Part shown: in pieces, positions 28,710 to 37,000 of the stretch | Numbering within the stretch: the first letter of the stretch is position 1 | How the letters are laid out: each line of letters opens with the position of its first letter | Origin: an uncultured Pseudomonadales bacterium | GTDB lineage: Bacteria; Pseudomonadota; Gammaproteobacteria; Pseudomonadales; Azotimanducaceae | Direction of reading: 5' to 3' | Assembly (NCBI GenBank): GCA_958296405.1 | Contig: OY282519.1 | Span: 726,132 to 790,131 of the forward strand | DNA length: 64,000 bases | Made by a program: the position numbers and the translations under genes | Notes under the pieces: model-generated | What the model saw: the letters and a program-made list of their open reading frames with translations, nothing else | Told to the model about the DNA's origin: nothing | Database searches by the model: none

Positions 28710-29486
28710 TCATGGGGCGTCCTTGGGGCCCTGTTGAGGTTGGCTTATGGTGCCCCCCCCCCGGCGAGAGGTGGAATGGGACGGCACCGTCAGCACATAG
28801 TTCCCGTTGAAGGCGCGGCGGAACGCGACCCAAAGCGAGAGCAGAATGAGCTTCAAGTCTTCCACGGGGCCCATGCGCTCGATGTATCGTTTGTCGTAGC
28901 CCAGCTTCTCCGCCGGGTGCGTCCAGTAACCGCGCTGCCCATACGCCTGCGCGAGGCCGGCGATGCCGGGCCGCACCATCAGGCGATCTGCGAAGCCGGG
29001 CGTTTCGCGGCCAAAGCTGTGGGCGAGTTCAGGGCGCTCTGGGCGCGGCCCGACGACGCTCATGTCGCCGCGCAGAATGTTGATGACCTGCGGAATCTCA
29101 TCTAAGTGGAAGCGCCGCAACATCTTGCCCACGCGAGTGGTGCGGGCGTCGTCCAACGTGGCCCACACCGGCCCGGTGTGCGCCTCCGCATCGGTGACCA
29201 TGGTGCGGAACTTGATGAGGCGGAACGGCTTGCCGAAGCGGCCGAGGCGCTGTTGCGTGTAGAAGATCGGACGCCGGTCTTCAAGATAGATGGCCAACGG
29301 AACGAAAATCCACACCGCTGCCCAAAGCGGTAGCAGGAGCACGATGGCTAAGGTGACAAAGGCGAGGTCGAAGGGGCGCTTGTAAAGCTCTGACGCACCC
29401 CGTCGGGCGTCCACGGCCGGCACCGAGGTGCCGTTGGTGTGGGGCTCAGGGGTGGTAGTGGTAGCCATGTAGCGGGATTGTCGCAC
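28710..29486 (-). CDS. Small (monotopic-type) phosphoglycosyl transferase, bacterial sugar transferase family
   Basis: KRPFDLAFV..., [14 protein letters not shown] and [15 protein letters not shown] are hallmarks of the PF02397-type undecaprenyl-phosphate sugar-phosphate transferases. The start is GTG 29486 or ATG 29468. Confidence 0.85.
   Translation of the reverse strand: MRQSRYMATTTTPEPHTNGTSVPAVDARRGASELYKRPFDLAFVTLAIVLLLPLWAAVWIFVPLAIYLEDRRPIFYTQQRLGRFGKPFRLIKFRTMVTDAEAHTGPVWATLDDARTTRVGKMLRRFHLDEIPQVINILRGDMSVVGPRPERPELAHSFGRETPGFADRLMVRPGIAGLAQAYGQRGYWTHPAEKLGYDKRYIERMGPVEDLKLILLSLWVAFRRAFNGNYVLTVPSHSTSRRGGGTISQPQQGPKDAP
28753..28762. repeat. C10 (G10 on the coding strand) homopolymer inside the 3' end of the sugar transferase gene
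   Basis: Read directly: tgcccccccccc. It encodes R-G-G-G, 16 codons before the stop. Confidence 0.95.
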
Positions 29487-29522
29487 TAGGCGGGGCGTCT
29501 AAACAAGGCGGGCGGGCGGCGC

Positions 29523-31001
29523 CTATTGTCGCACGACCACATTGCCTGCTTCATCGAGCCGCACTGGGCGCCCGCAGAACTCGTCAGTCATCATGGCCTG
29601 CATCAAGTCGGCGTCTTGGCTGTTGGCCCACACCCGGTCTCCGTTTGGCGTCAGGCATGCGAAATGAGCCACGCTCGGCTCGCCTTGGTCATGCATCACC
29701 GTGTAAGACTCGATGTGGGCGTCGCCGCGCCATGCCGCCAGCGAGATGCGTGACGGCAGGGCGTCGATGTCCGCTTGCACGTCGGCAAAGCGAAAGTCTC
29801 GCTCTGGCGGCGCGCTGGAGTAAACGCCATGCACATGCTTGTAGAGGTTGCCGCCGTTGCCCGTGATGAGGCCGCGTGCGCCTGGGTGCTCGCGGAGCAA
29901 CTCCACCATGCGGGCGATGCTGTGCATGACGTAGTTGTTGAGCGGTCCGCCGCCGAAGGTGAGGCCGCCGGTGACGGTGAGGGAGCGCTGCTGCGAGAGG
30001 CCCAGCTCGTCCGCGGCCACCTGCACCGCCGAGGGAAAGCAACTGTAAAGATCGACGAACGCCAGTTCCTCGACATTGGTTTGGGCCAGTTCCAGCGCCC
30101 GGGCGCCGGTGAGGCGGATGCCGGGCGAGGTGTGGAAGTTGTCTCGCACCGAAGCGCAGAAGTGGTCGTAGCCCTTGGCGCCGGACCACGGATACACCCA
30201 CTTCGCCTCGGTAACGCCCAAGCGCCTTGCCCGCGCCGCGGAGCACATGATGAGCGCCGCCCCCATGTCCACCATCATGTTCGCGTTCATGAACTTGGTG
30301 TAGGGGAAGCCGACCATGCGGTTGGCCGGGGACGGCGCGCGGATTTCCTCCGGCGTCATGTTGTGGCGCACCCAAGCGTTGGGGTTGGCTTGGGCCACAT
30401 CGTTGAAGCCAGACCATAGTTCGGAGACGCGCTGCCGATGCGCGAGGACGGACTCGCCGCGCTGATGGCGGATGGCGTTGTCGTACATCGGATACACCTG
30501 AATGGCGCGCCGAATGCCCTTCGCCATCTCGTGCTCATGGTGCTCGGGCTGTTGCGGCCCGCCGATGAGGACATCGTAGTGTCCGGGGGCTGGCGTTTCC
30601 GCCAGGTTCACCCCAGCGCGGCGCGCCTTGTTGGCGCTGTAGCCGTTCTCGGCGCCGGCGATGAGGACGAAATCCACCTTGCCGGCGAGGATTTCCAACG
30701 CCGTGTGGTTGATGACGGCTTGGTTCTGATTGCCGCCGATGAGCGTGCCGACGGTTTGGGCGTTGGGGGCGCCGATGCGCTCGCGCACCAGCGCGGCCGG
30801 GTTGTCGTATCCCCACATGCCGCGGATGACGCGCACGGACTGCACCCCGTCAAGGGCCGTGCCAATGCCGGCGTCGAGCGCTGCGAGCTCGCTTGCCCGC
30901 AGCATCATCTCGATGGGCTCGACGGCGTCTTCCAGCGCCTCAATGCGGTTCAAGGTTTGGCCGACGCCCACCAGCACCGGCGTATTGGGGTTGGTGGCCA
31001 T
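29523..31001 (-). CDS. Thiolase-fold protein lacking the nucleophilic Cys, with a C-terminal OB-like extension
   Basis: ATG 31001 gives MATNPNTPVLVGVGQ... Thiolase-like blocks are present (VDFVLIAGAENG, DLYSCFPSAVQ, TGGLTFGGGPLNNY). The position normally holding the acyl-accepting Cys reads IGGNQNQAV. The last ~90 aa (AHIESYTVMH...VAHFACLTPNGDRVWAN...GRPVRL) resemble the OB part of DUF35 proteins. The ORF-track start at 31643 lies inside the crotonase gene. Confidence 0.7.
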   Translation of the reverse strand: MATNPNTPVLVGVGQTLNRIEALEDAVEPIEMMLRASELAALDAGIGTALDGVQSVRVIRGMWGYDNPAALVRERIGAPNAQTVGTLIGGNQNQAVINHTALEILAGKVDFVLIAGAENGYSANKARRAGVNLAETPAPGHYDVLIGGPQQPEHHEHEMAKGIRRAIQVYPMYDNAIRHQRGESVLAHRQRVSELWSGFNDVAQANPNAWVRHNMTPEEIRAPSPANRMVGFPYTKFMNANMMVDMGAALIMCSAARARRLGVTEAKWVYPWSGAKGYDHFCASVRDNFHTSPGIRLTGARALELAQTNVEELAFVDLYSCFPSAVQVAADELGLSQQRSLTVTGGLTFGGGPLNNYVMHSIARMVELLREHPGARGLITGNGGNLYKHVHGVYSSAPPERDFRFADVQADIDALPSRISLAAWRGDAHIESYTVMHDQGEPSVAHFACLTPNGDRVWANSQDADLMQAMMTDEFCGRPVRLDEAGNVVVRQ

Positions 31002-31021
31002 GTGCTTGGGCGCGGAGCCGG

Positions 31022-31795
31022 TCAGCCCTGCGCCCAAGCAGCCTTGCGCTTCTCGCGGAACGCCGCCATGCCCTCCGCCGCTTCTTCCGAGCGGAACATG
31101 CGGCCGCTCCAAGTGGCCGTTTCCTTGAAGCCCTCTGCCATGGAGAGCTGCGGAACGCGCCGCACCAACCGCTTGCATTCGACCACGGCGTTTGGCCCGC
31201 CCAAGTTGATCATGTCGATCGTCTCCTGCGTCGCGGCGCGCAGCGCGTCCTTGGGCACGGCGCGATGGACGAAGCCCATCGCCACGGCGTCGGCGCCGGT
31301 GAAGCGCTCGCCGGTGAGGAACAGCTTCATGGCATGGTGGGTGCCGAGCTTCGGAATGCACACCACGGAAATCACCGCGGGAATCACGCCGATGCGCACT
31401 TCGCTGAACGAGAACAGGGCGTCCTCCACCGCCACCACGATGTCGGCGGCGCCAACGAGCCCCAAGCCGCCGGCGAAGGCGTGGCCGTTCACCGCGGCGA
31501 TGACCGGCTTGTCGCTTTCCATGATGGTGGTCAGCACGGTCGGATACGGCACGGACTGACGCCCCGAGATGGTTTGCCCTGGGGGGCTCTTGAGGTCTGC
31601 CCCGGAACAGAAGGCCGGGTCTGCGCCGGTGATGACGATGCAACGCACGGCTGGGTCGCCATTGGCCGCCAGCAAGTGTTCGTGGAGTTCGCTCACCAAC
31701 ACCGCGGAGAGGGCGTTGCGGTTGTCTGGCCGGTTCAGCGTGATCCAGGCAGCGCCGCTGTCGATGTCGTACAGGGTTGCGTCGGTGGTCTGCAT
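31022..31795 (-). CDS. Crotonase-superfamily enzyme (enoyl-CoA hydratase/isomerase family)
   Basis: ITLNRPDNRNAL, ITGADPAFCSGADL and AAVNGHAFAGGLGLVGAADI..FSFSEVRIGVIP are crotonase blocks. Only the second of the two canonical catalytic Glu residues is present, in FSE. The first aligns to Gly in GGLGLVG (aligned by eye). Confidence 0.85.
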   Translation of the reverse strand: MQTTDATLYDIDSGAAWITLNRPDNRNALSAVLVSELHEHLLAANGDPAVRCIVITGADPAFCSGADLKSPPGQTISGRQSVPYPTVLTTIMESDKPVIAAVNGHAFAGGLGLVGAADIVVAVEDALFSFSEVRIGVIPAVISVVCIPKLGTHHAMKLFLTGERFTGADAVAMGFVHRAVPKDALRAATQETIDMINLGGPNAVVECKRLVRRVPQLSMAEGFKETATWSGRMFRSEEAAEGMAAFREKRKAAWAQG

Positions 31796-31805
31796 GGCTC
31801 TGCCC

Positions 31806-33791
31806 TCAACTCTCTTGGTTTGCTTCCAACACGATCAGGAGCGCGCCGTTGTCCACTTGGTCGCCATCGCGCACCAACAGCTCGGTGACGGTGCCGGCCG
31901 CCGGTGCCGTGATGCGATGCTCCATCTTCATGGCTTCCAGCACCAGCAGCAGTTGGCCTTGCGCCACGACGGCGCCCTCGGCGACGTGAACGGCGGTCAC
32001 GTTGCCGGGCATGGGCGCCCGGAGCCCGCCGCTCACCTCGGCGCGGCCGGCGGTGGGGAAGCGTGGCAGCTCGGATAACTCCACGTCGCCGAACGGCCCA
32101 TGCACAAACCACACCCCGTGCTCCAACCCCATCACCATCGCGGCGACGCGCCGCCCGTCGATCTCGAGATCGATGTCGGCGTCGCCATTGGCGAACACCG
32201 CCACGGACAGTTCCGCGTCCTCAACCTGCACCTTGAAGGCGCCGTCGCGCTGCGCTTGGTAACGCACCGTCAATTCGGCTTCGCCGCAGCGGAACGCCGT
32301 CGTTTGCGGCGGCATGATGGAGTTGCGCCAGCCGCTGGCGATGCCTTGCAGCACCGTGGCCTGCAGGCGCCGCTGCCACTGCGCGTGGAGCGCCGCGGCG
32401 ATGGCGGCGTCGCGCAATTCGGCGCTTGCGAGGCCGCGCGTTCGCGAAGGGGCCACGCGGTCGATGAAGTCTGTCGTGGTGTCGCCTTCCAGAAAGGCTG
32501 GCTCGCGCAACGTGGCGACAAGGAAGTCTCGGTTGTTCGTCACCCCCTGCAGGCGTGTCTTCTCAAGCACGCGCGCCAGCCGCCCGGCCGCCTCGCGGCG
32601 GGTCGGCGCGTGGACGATCACCTTGGCGATCATCGGGTCGAACTCGATGCTCACATCGCTGCCGGCCTCGATGCCCGAATCAAAGCGCGCCCCACGGGCG
32701 GGTTCCCATGCGCGCACCCGGCCGCCGCTGGGCAAGAAGTCGTTGGCGGGATCTTCCGCGTAGAGGCGCGCTTCGATGGCGTGGCCGCTGAAGGCAACAT
32801 CTTCCTGGCTGTAGCCCAAGGGTTCGCCCTCGGCGATGCGCAGTTGCTCGCGCACCAAGTCCAACCCGGTGATGGCTTCCGTGACGGGATGCTCCACCTG
32901 CAGGCGGGCGTTCACTTCCAAGAACCAGAACTGGCCGCCGTCCACCAAGAACTCGACGGTGCCGGCGGACGCATAGCCAATGCGCTGCGCCGCCGCCACG
33001 GCCGCGGCGCCCATTTGCGCGCGCAGCGCAGCATCCACGGCTGGCGAGGGCGCTTCCTCGATGATCTTCTGGTGGCGGCGCTGAATGGAACATTCGCGCT
33101 CGAAGAGATGCACGAGGTTGCCGTGCAAATCGCCCAAGATCTGGATTTCCACATGGCGCGGCGCGGTGAGCCAGCGCTCGAGAAACACGGTGTCGTCGCC
33201 GAACGCGGACGCCGCTTCACGGCGCGCGCTCGCCACTGCCTCGGCGAGCTCAGTGGCTTCGCGGACGATGCGCATGCCCCTGCCGCCGCCGCCGGCCGCT
33301 GCTTTCACCAGCACGGGGTAGCCGATTTCGTTTGCCGCCGCAGCCAAATCGCCATCGGCGGTGAGTTCAACCGCCGGCAGGGTCGGCACGTCCGCTTCGC
33401 GCATCAAGCGCTTGGCGGCGAGCTTGTCGCCCATGGCGCTTAAGGCCGTGAACGATGGCCCCACCCAGCGAACGCCGGCCGCCTCCACTGCGGCGGCGAA
33501 CTGCGCGCTCTCGGAGAGAAAGCCATAGCCCGGGTGTACCGCGTCCGCGCCGCATCGCTTAGCGGCGTCGGTGACTTTGGCGATGTTGAGGTAGGTGTCG
33601 GTGGAGCCGCTGCCGTGCAGGGCAATGGCCGTGTCTGCCTCGCGCACGAACGGCGCGTTGGCGTCGCTGTCTGCGTAAACCGCAACCGTGTCCATGCCCA
33701 TGTCATGCGCCGAGCGAATCACGCGCCGCGCGATTTCGCCCCGGTTGGCGATCAACAGCCGCCGAATGGGTTGGATGCCTACATCCGCCAT
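31806..33791 (-). CDS. Biotin-dependent acyl-CoA carboxylase alpha subunit (biotin carboxylase + BCCP), MCC/GCC type
   Basis: 661 aa. ATP-grasp biotin carboxylase blocks (LIANRGEIA, GYPVLVKAAAGGGGRGMR, EMNARLQVEHPVTE-like EVNARLQVEHPVTE) and the C-terminal biotinylation site EAMKME. Confidence 0.9.
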   Translation of the reverse strand: MADVGIQPIRRLLIANRGEIARRVIRSAHDMGMDTVAVYADSDANAPFVREADTAIALHGSGSTDTYLNIAKVTDAAKRCGADAVHPGYGFLSESAQFAAAVEAAGVRWVGPSFTALSAMGDKLAAKRLMREADVPTLPAVELTADGDLAAAANEIGYPVLVKAAAGGGGRGMRIVREATELAEAVASARREAASAFGDDTVFLERWLTAPRHVEIQILGDLHGNLVHLFERECSIQRRHQKIIEEAPSPAVDAALRAQMGAAAVAAAQRIGYASAGTVEFLVDGGQFWFLEVNARLQVEHPVTEAITGLDLVREQLRIAEGEPLGYSQEDVAFSGHAIEARLYAEDPANDFLPSGGRVRAWEPARGARFDSGIEAGSDVSIEFDPMIAKVIVHAPTRREAAGRLARVLEKTRLQGVTNNRDFLVATLREPAFLEGDTTTDFIDRVAPSRTRGLASAELRDAAIAAALHAQWQRRLQATVLQGIASGWRNSIMPPQTTAFRCGEAELTVRYQAQRDGAFKVQVEDAELSVAVFANGDADIDLEIDGRRVAAMVMGLEHGVWFVHGPFGDVELSELPRFPTAGRAEVSGGLRAPMPGNVTAVHVAEGAVVAQGQLLLVLEAMKMEHRITAPAAGTVTELLVRDGDQVDNGALLIVLEANQES

Positions 33792-35413
33792 GTGCCGAAC
33801 TCCTTAGTGCCGCGCACTTCGCCGTTGTGGCAGACGGACAACGCGATGGCGATCGCGGCGCGCGTGTCGCGTGGGTCGATCATGCCGTCGTCGGCAACCC
33901 GCGACGTGGCGTACAGCCCCTTGGAACGCTCCTCCGCCCAGTGCTCGGCGACGGCCACGCGCTTGGCGTTGGCTTCTTCGTCGAACTCAAGCCCGCGGCG
34001 CGTCGCTGCGGCGCGTTGCACGATGGTCATCACCCCGGCCATCTGCTTTGGCCCCATGACGGCGATCTTCGCCGTGGGCCAGATGAACGTGAAGCGCGTG
34101 TCGTAGGCGCGCCCGCTCATGCCGTAGTTGCCGGCGCCATACGACGCGCCGACGATGACGGTGATGTGCGGCACCGTCGAGTTGGACACGGCGTTGATCA
34201 TCTTCGAGCCATTCTTGGTGATGCCGCCCTGCTCGAAGTCTGTGCCCACCACATAGCCCGTGATGTTGTGCAGGAACAGCAGCGGCACGTCGATTTGGTT
34301 GCAGAGCTGAATGAACTGCGACGCCTTCTCCGCGGACGCGGAGAGCAGCGGGCCGTTGTTGCCGAGGATGCCGATGGGATAGCCGTGCAGCGACGCCCAG
34401 CCGGTGACCAACGTCGTCCCGTAGAGGGGCTTGAACTCCTCGAACCGCGAGCCATCCACGATGCGGGCGATGACGTCGCGCATGTCGAAGGGAACGCGCA
34501 GGTCCTCGTTGACGATGCCGAGCAGCTCCTCAGCGTCGTGCAGCGGTTCGTCCGCCGGCATGGAAGGGCCGGGCCCCAGCTTGCGCCAGTTGAGGTGCGC
34601 CACCACCTCGCGGCACATGCGGATGCCGTCCATCTCGTCCAAGGCCAGGTAGTCGCCCAAGCCGGAGGTGCGCGTATGCATGTCGGCGCCGGCGAGCGCT
34701 TCGTAATCCGCGTCCTCGCCGGTGGCCATCTTCACCAGCGGCGGCCCGCCAAGGGCCACTTGGGATTGCCCCTTGATGAAGATGTTGTAGTCGCTCATGC
34801 CCGGCTGGTAGGCGCCGCCGGCGGTGGAGGCGCCGAACACCAGCGAGATGGTGGGAATGCGCATCTTCGACAGTTCGGTGATTTCGTAGAAGAGCCGGCC
34901 AGATTCCGCGAAGTGGCCGCCCTCGCGGCGAATGGACGCCTCCGGGTCTCCGCCGCCGCCTTCGCCGCGCAAGTCCGCCCCGGCGGATTCCACGAATTGC
35001 ACGTAGGGAATGCGGTTCTTGCGGGCGATCTCCAAGCCGCGCATCAGCTTCTTGCTGTTGAACTGATTGAAGGCGCCGGCGCGCACGGATGGATCGTGGC
35101 CGAGCACCAGGCACTCGGTGTTTTCGATGATGCCGATGCCGACGATGAAGCCGGAGCCCACCGCGTAGTTTGACCGCCACGCCGCGAGCGGGCTGATCTC
35201 CAAGAAAGGGGAGTCTCTATCGAGCACCAAGCTGATGCGTTCGCGCAGCGGCAGCTTGTCCCGCGAGCGCAGCCGCGCCATGGCCTCGGGGCCACCGCCG
35301 TTGGACGCCTCGGCGTACAACTCGTCGAGCTGCGCGAGGGTCTTCAGCATGTGCGCGCGATTCTCGCGGTGAGCATCCGAACGGACGTTCAGTTGCGACT
35401 CAAGCACGGCCAT
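33779..35413 (-). CDS. Acyl-CoA carboxylase carboxyltransferase (beta) subunit, MCC/GCC type
   Basis: 544 aa. KLPLRERISLVLDRDSPFLEISPLAA, a two-domain crotonase-like carboxyltransferase, and a length typical of methylcrotonyl-/geranyl-CoA carboxylase beta. The stop overlaps the alpha-subunit start by 13 nt. Confidence 0.85.
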   Translation of the reverse strand: MAVLESQLNVRSDAHRENRAHMLKTLAQLDELYAEASNGGGPEAMARLRSRDKLPLRERISLVLDRDSPFLEISPLAAWRSNYAVGSGFIVGIGIIENTECLVLGHDPSVRAGAFNQFNSKKLMRGLEIARKNRIPYVQFVESAGADLRGEGGGGDPEASIRREGGHFAESGRLFYEITELSKMRIPTISLVFGASTAGGAYQPGMSDYNIFIKGQSQVALGGPPLVKMATGEDADYEALAGADMHTRTSGLGDYLALDEMDGIRMCREVVAHLNWRKLGPGPSMPADEPLHDAEELLGIVNEDLRVPFDMRDVIARIVDGSRFEEFKPLYGTTLVTGWASLHGYPIGILGNNGPLLSASAEKASQFIQLCNQIDVPLLFLHNITGYVVGTDFEQGGITKNGSKMINAVSNSTVPHITVIVGASYGAGNYGMSGRAYDTRFTFIWPTAKIAVMGPKQMAGVMTIVQRAAATRRGLEFDEEANAKRVAVAEHWAEERSKGLYATSRVADDGMIDPRDTRAAIAIALSVCHNGEVRGTKEFGTWRM

Positions 35414-35491
35414 TCAATGTTCTCCAAAGGCTGCGCGGCAAGCGGCTGGCGTCGCTGCCGCGGGTGATGTAAGGGGCGTTGCCGCGGCGAA

Positions 35492-36574
35492 CTACCTGCT
35501 GAGCGCGTCGTTGCTCTGCCAAGGGGCGATCTGCCCATCGTAGACGTCCGGTCCGTTGCGGAAGTGCGCCGCCTCTTGCAGCGTTTCCACAAACGGCATC
35601 TCGCGCGGATACAGGCGTTCGCCACGCGGGCGCGGCCCGGCCTTGGAGACGTGCCCCCACAAGGGGTGCCCCACCACCTCTTCGGCGATGGCGGCGGCCT
35701 CGATGAGCTTGTCCAAGTTGTAGCCGGTTTTGATGCCGAGCTCGTGGCACAGGTCCACGAAATCTTCAGTGGGCACATGGCCGGCGGCGCGGCCATTGCC
35801 ACAGTACGGACAGCCGCCCATGCCGCCGATGGAGGTGTCGAACTCGCGCACGCCGAGCTTCAACGCCTCGTAGTAGCTGGCGATGGTGACGCCGCGGGTG
35901 TTGTGCAGATGCATGTGGAAATCGGTGATTTCCGGCCAGCGCTCCTTGATGGCGACGATGGTGTCATGCACCTGATTGGGCAAGTTCCAGCCCATCGCCT
36001 CGAGGAACGAGCAGCGCGTCACTTCGATGCCGACGGCGTGCCACTTGTCCACCATCAGCTCCAACAGCCCCATGCGCTGCGCCATGGAGAAGGCGCCCTC
36101 GAAGTTCGAGCCGAACGGGTTGCCGATGGCCACGGAGCCAGTGGTGGCGCCAGCGGCCTTGGCGGCGGCGATGGTGCCTTCCATGGCGCCGATTTGCTCG
36201 GCTTGGGTGCGGTTGTAGTTGCGCCGCGCGAAGGTGTCGCAGAGTTCCACGTGGGTGCCGAAGCGGCGCTGCCGCACGTCCAGCTTTGGATAGTAGGCGT
36301 CTGCCCTGTCGAAGCCGCGCTTGTTGAACACCGCGGCGGTGTACCTGATGCCGGGCTTGGGCTCGAAGCGCTCGGCGAGGTCGTCGATGCAGCCCATCTG
36401 TGGCGTCCACTTGGGGTGGGCGAACGAGCCGATGCTGATGACGCTGGCGCCGGTTTCGCCCAAGGCGTCGAGCAGGCGCAGCTTCGCTTCCACCGGGATG
36501 TCGGCCGCCTCGATCTGCAGGCCTTCGCGCATGGTGTCGTCGTTGATGACGACAGATTCAGGAAACCCGCTCAT
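35492..36574 (-). CDS. DRE-TIM metallolyase, HMG-CoA-lyase-like (atypically long, 360 aa)
   Basis: ATG 36574 is preceded by a GGGGGAGAG Shine-Dalgarno. DDTMREGLQ (in place of the usual RDGLQ), SFAHPKWTPQM, HMHLHNTRG and GGMGGCPY match the HMGL-like/pyruvate carboxyltransferase TIM-barrel pattern. A ~60-aa C-terminal extension follows. Confidence 0.75.
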   Translation of the reverse strand: MSGFPESVVINDDTMREGLQIEAADIPVEAKLRLLDALGETGASVISIGSFAHPKWTPQMGCIDDLAERFEPKPGIRYTAAVFNKRGFDRADAYYPKLDVRQRRFGTHVELCDTFARRNYNRTQAEQIGAMEGTIAAAKAAGATTGSVAIGNPFGSNFEGAFSMAQRMGLLELMVDKWHAVGIEVTRCSFLEAMGWNLPNQVHDTIVAIKERWPEITDFHMHLHNTRGVTIASYYEALKLGVREFDTSIGGMGGCPYCGNGRAAGHVPTEDFVDLCHELGIKTGYNLDKLIEAAAIAEEVVGHPLWGHVSKAGPRPRGERLYPREMPFVETLQEAAHFRNGPDVYDGQIAPWQSNDALSR

Positions 36575-36644
36575 CGCAAACTCTCCCCCGAAATTGCGAG
36601 GCGACATTTTGCCAAGAGTGTCGCAGTTAGTCGAACGCCGCTTG

Positions 36645-36706
36645 AACGGTTGCCGCGAACTCCCAAACTCGATGCCGATGCCGCTTCGAGAGCAACGGTT
36701 GCCGCG
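36645..36706. promoter_or_regulatory. Two copies of a 13-nt direct repeat (aacggttgccgcg) 49 nt apart, upstream of the lyase-carboxylase operon
   Basis: Exact repeats at 36645-36657 and 36694-36706, each preceded by gccgctt, lying 70-130 nt upstream of the 36574 start codon within a 426-bp non-coding gap. The function is inferred only. Confidence 0.25.
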
Positions 36707-37000
36707 CCCGGGCGCGCGCATGGCAATGCTCGCGCGTCGCCGGCACCCGTCGCCGCGGCGCACCTGCGCACCGCGGTGCCCAGACTCACCCGCGGCGAGG
36801 TGGCGCGTCACTTGGCGCGGCTCGACGCCTTCATGGCGACGAGCTCGATCGCGATGAACGCCGCACAGATTGGCGAAACGGCGTTCCTTGGCATGGTGGG
36901 CACCGCAGCTTGGCCGCTATGGGCTTCGCCTTCCCGGTGGTGGGGGAGAGTGCCCGACGATGGCGTCCGCCAAGCCGCAGGGCGCAGTGGGAATGGCGTG

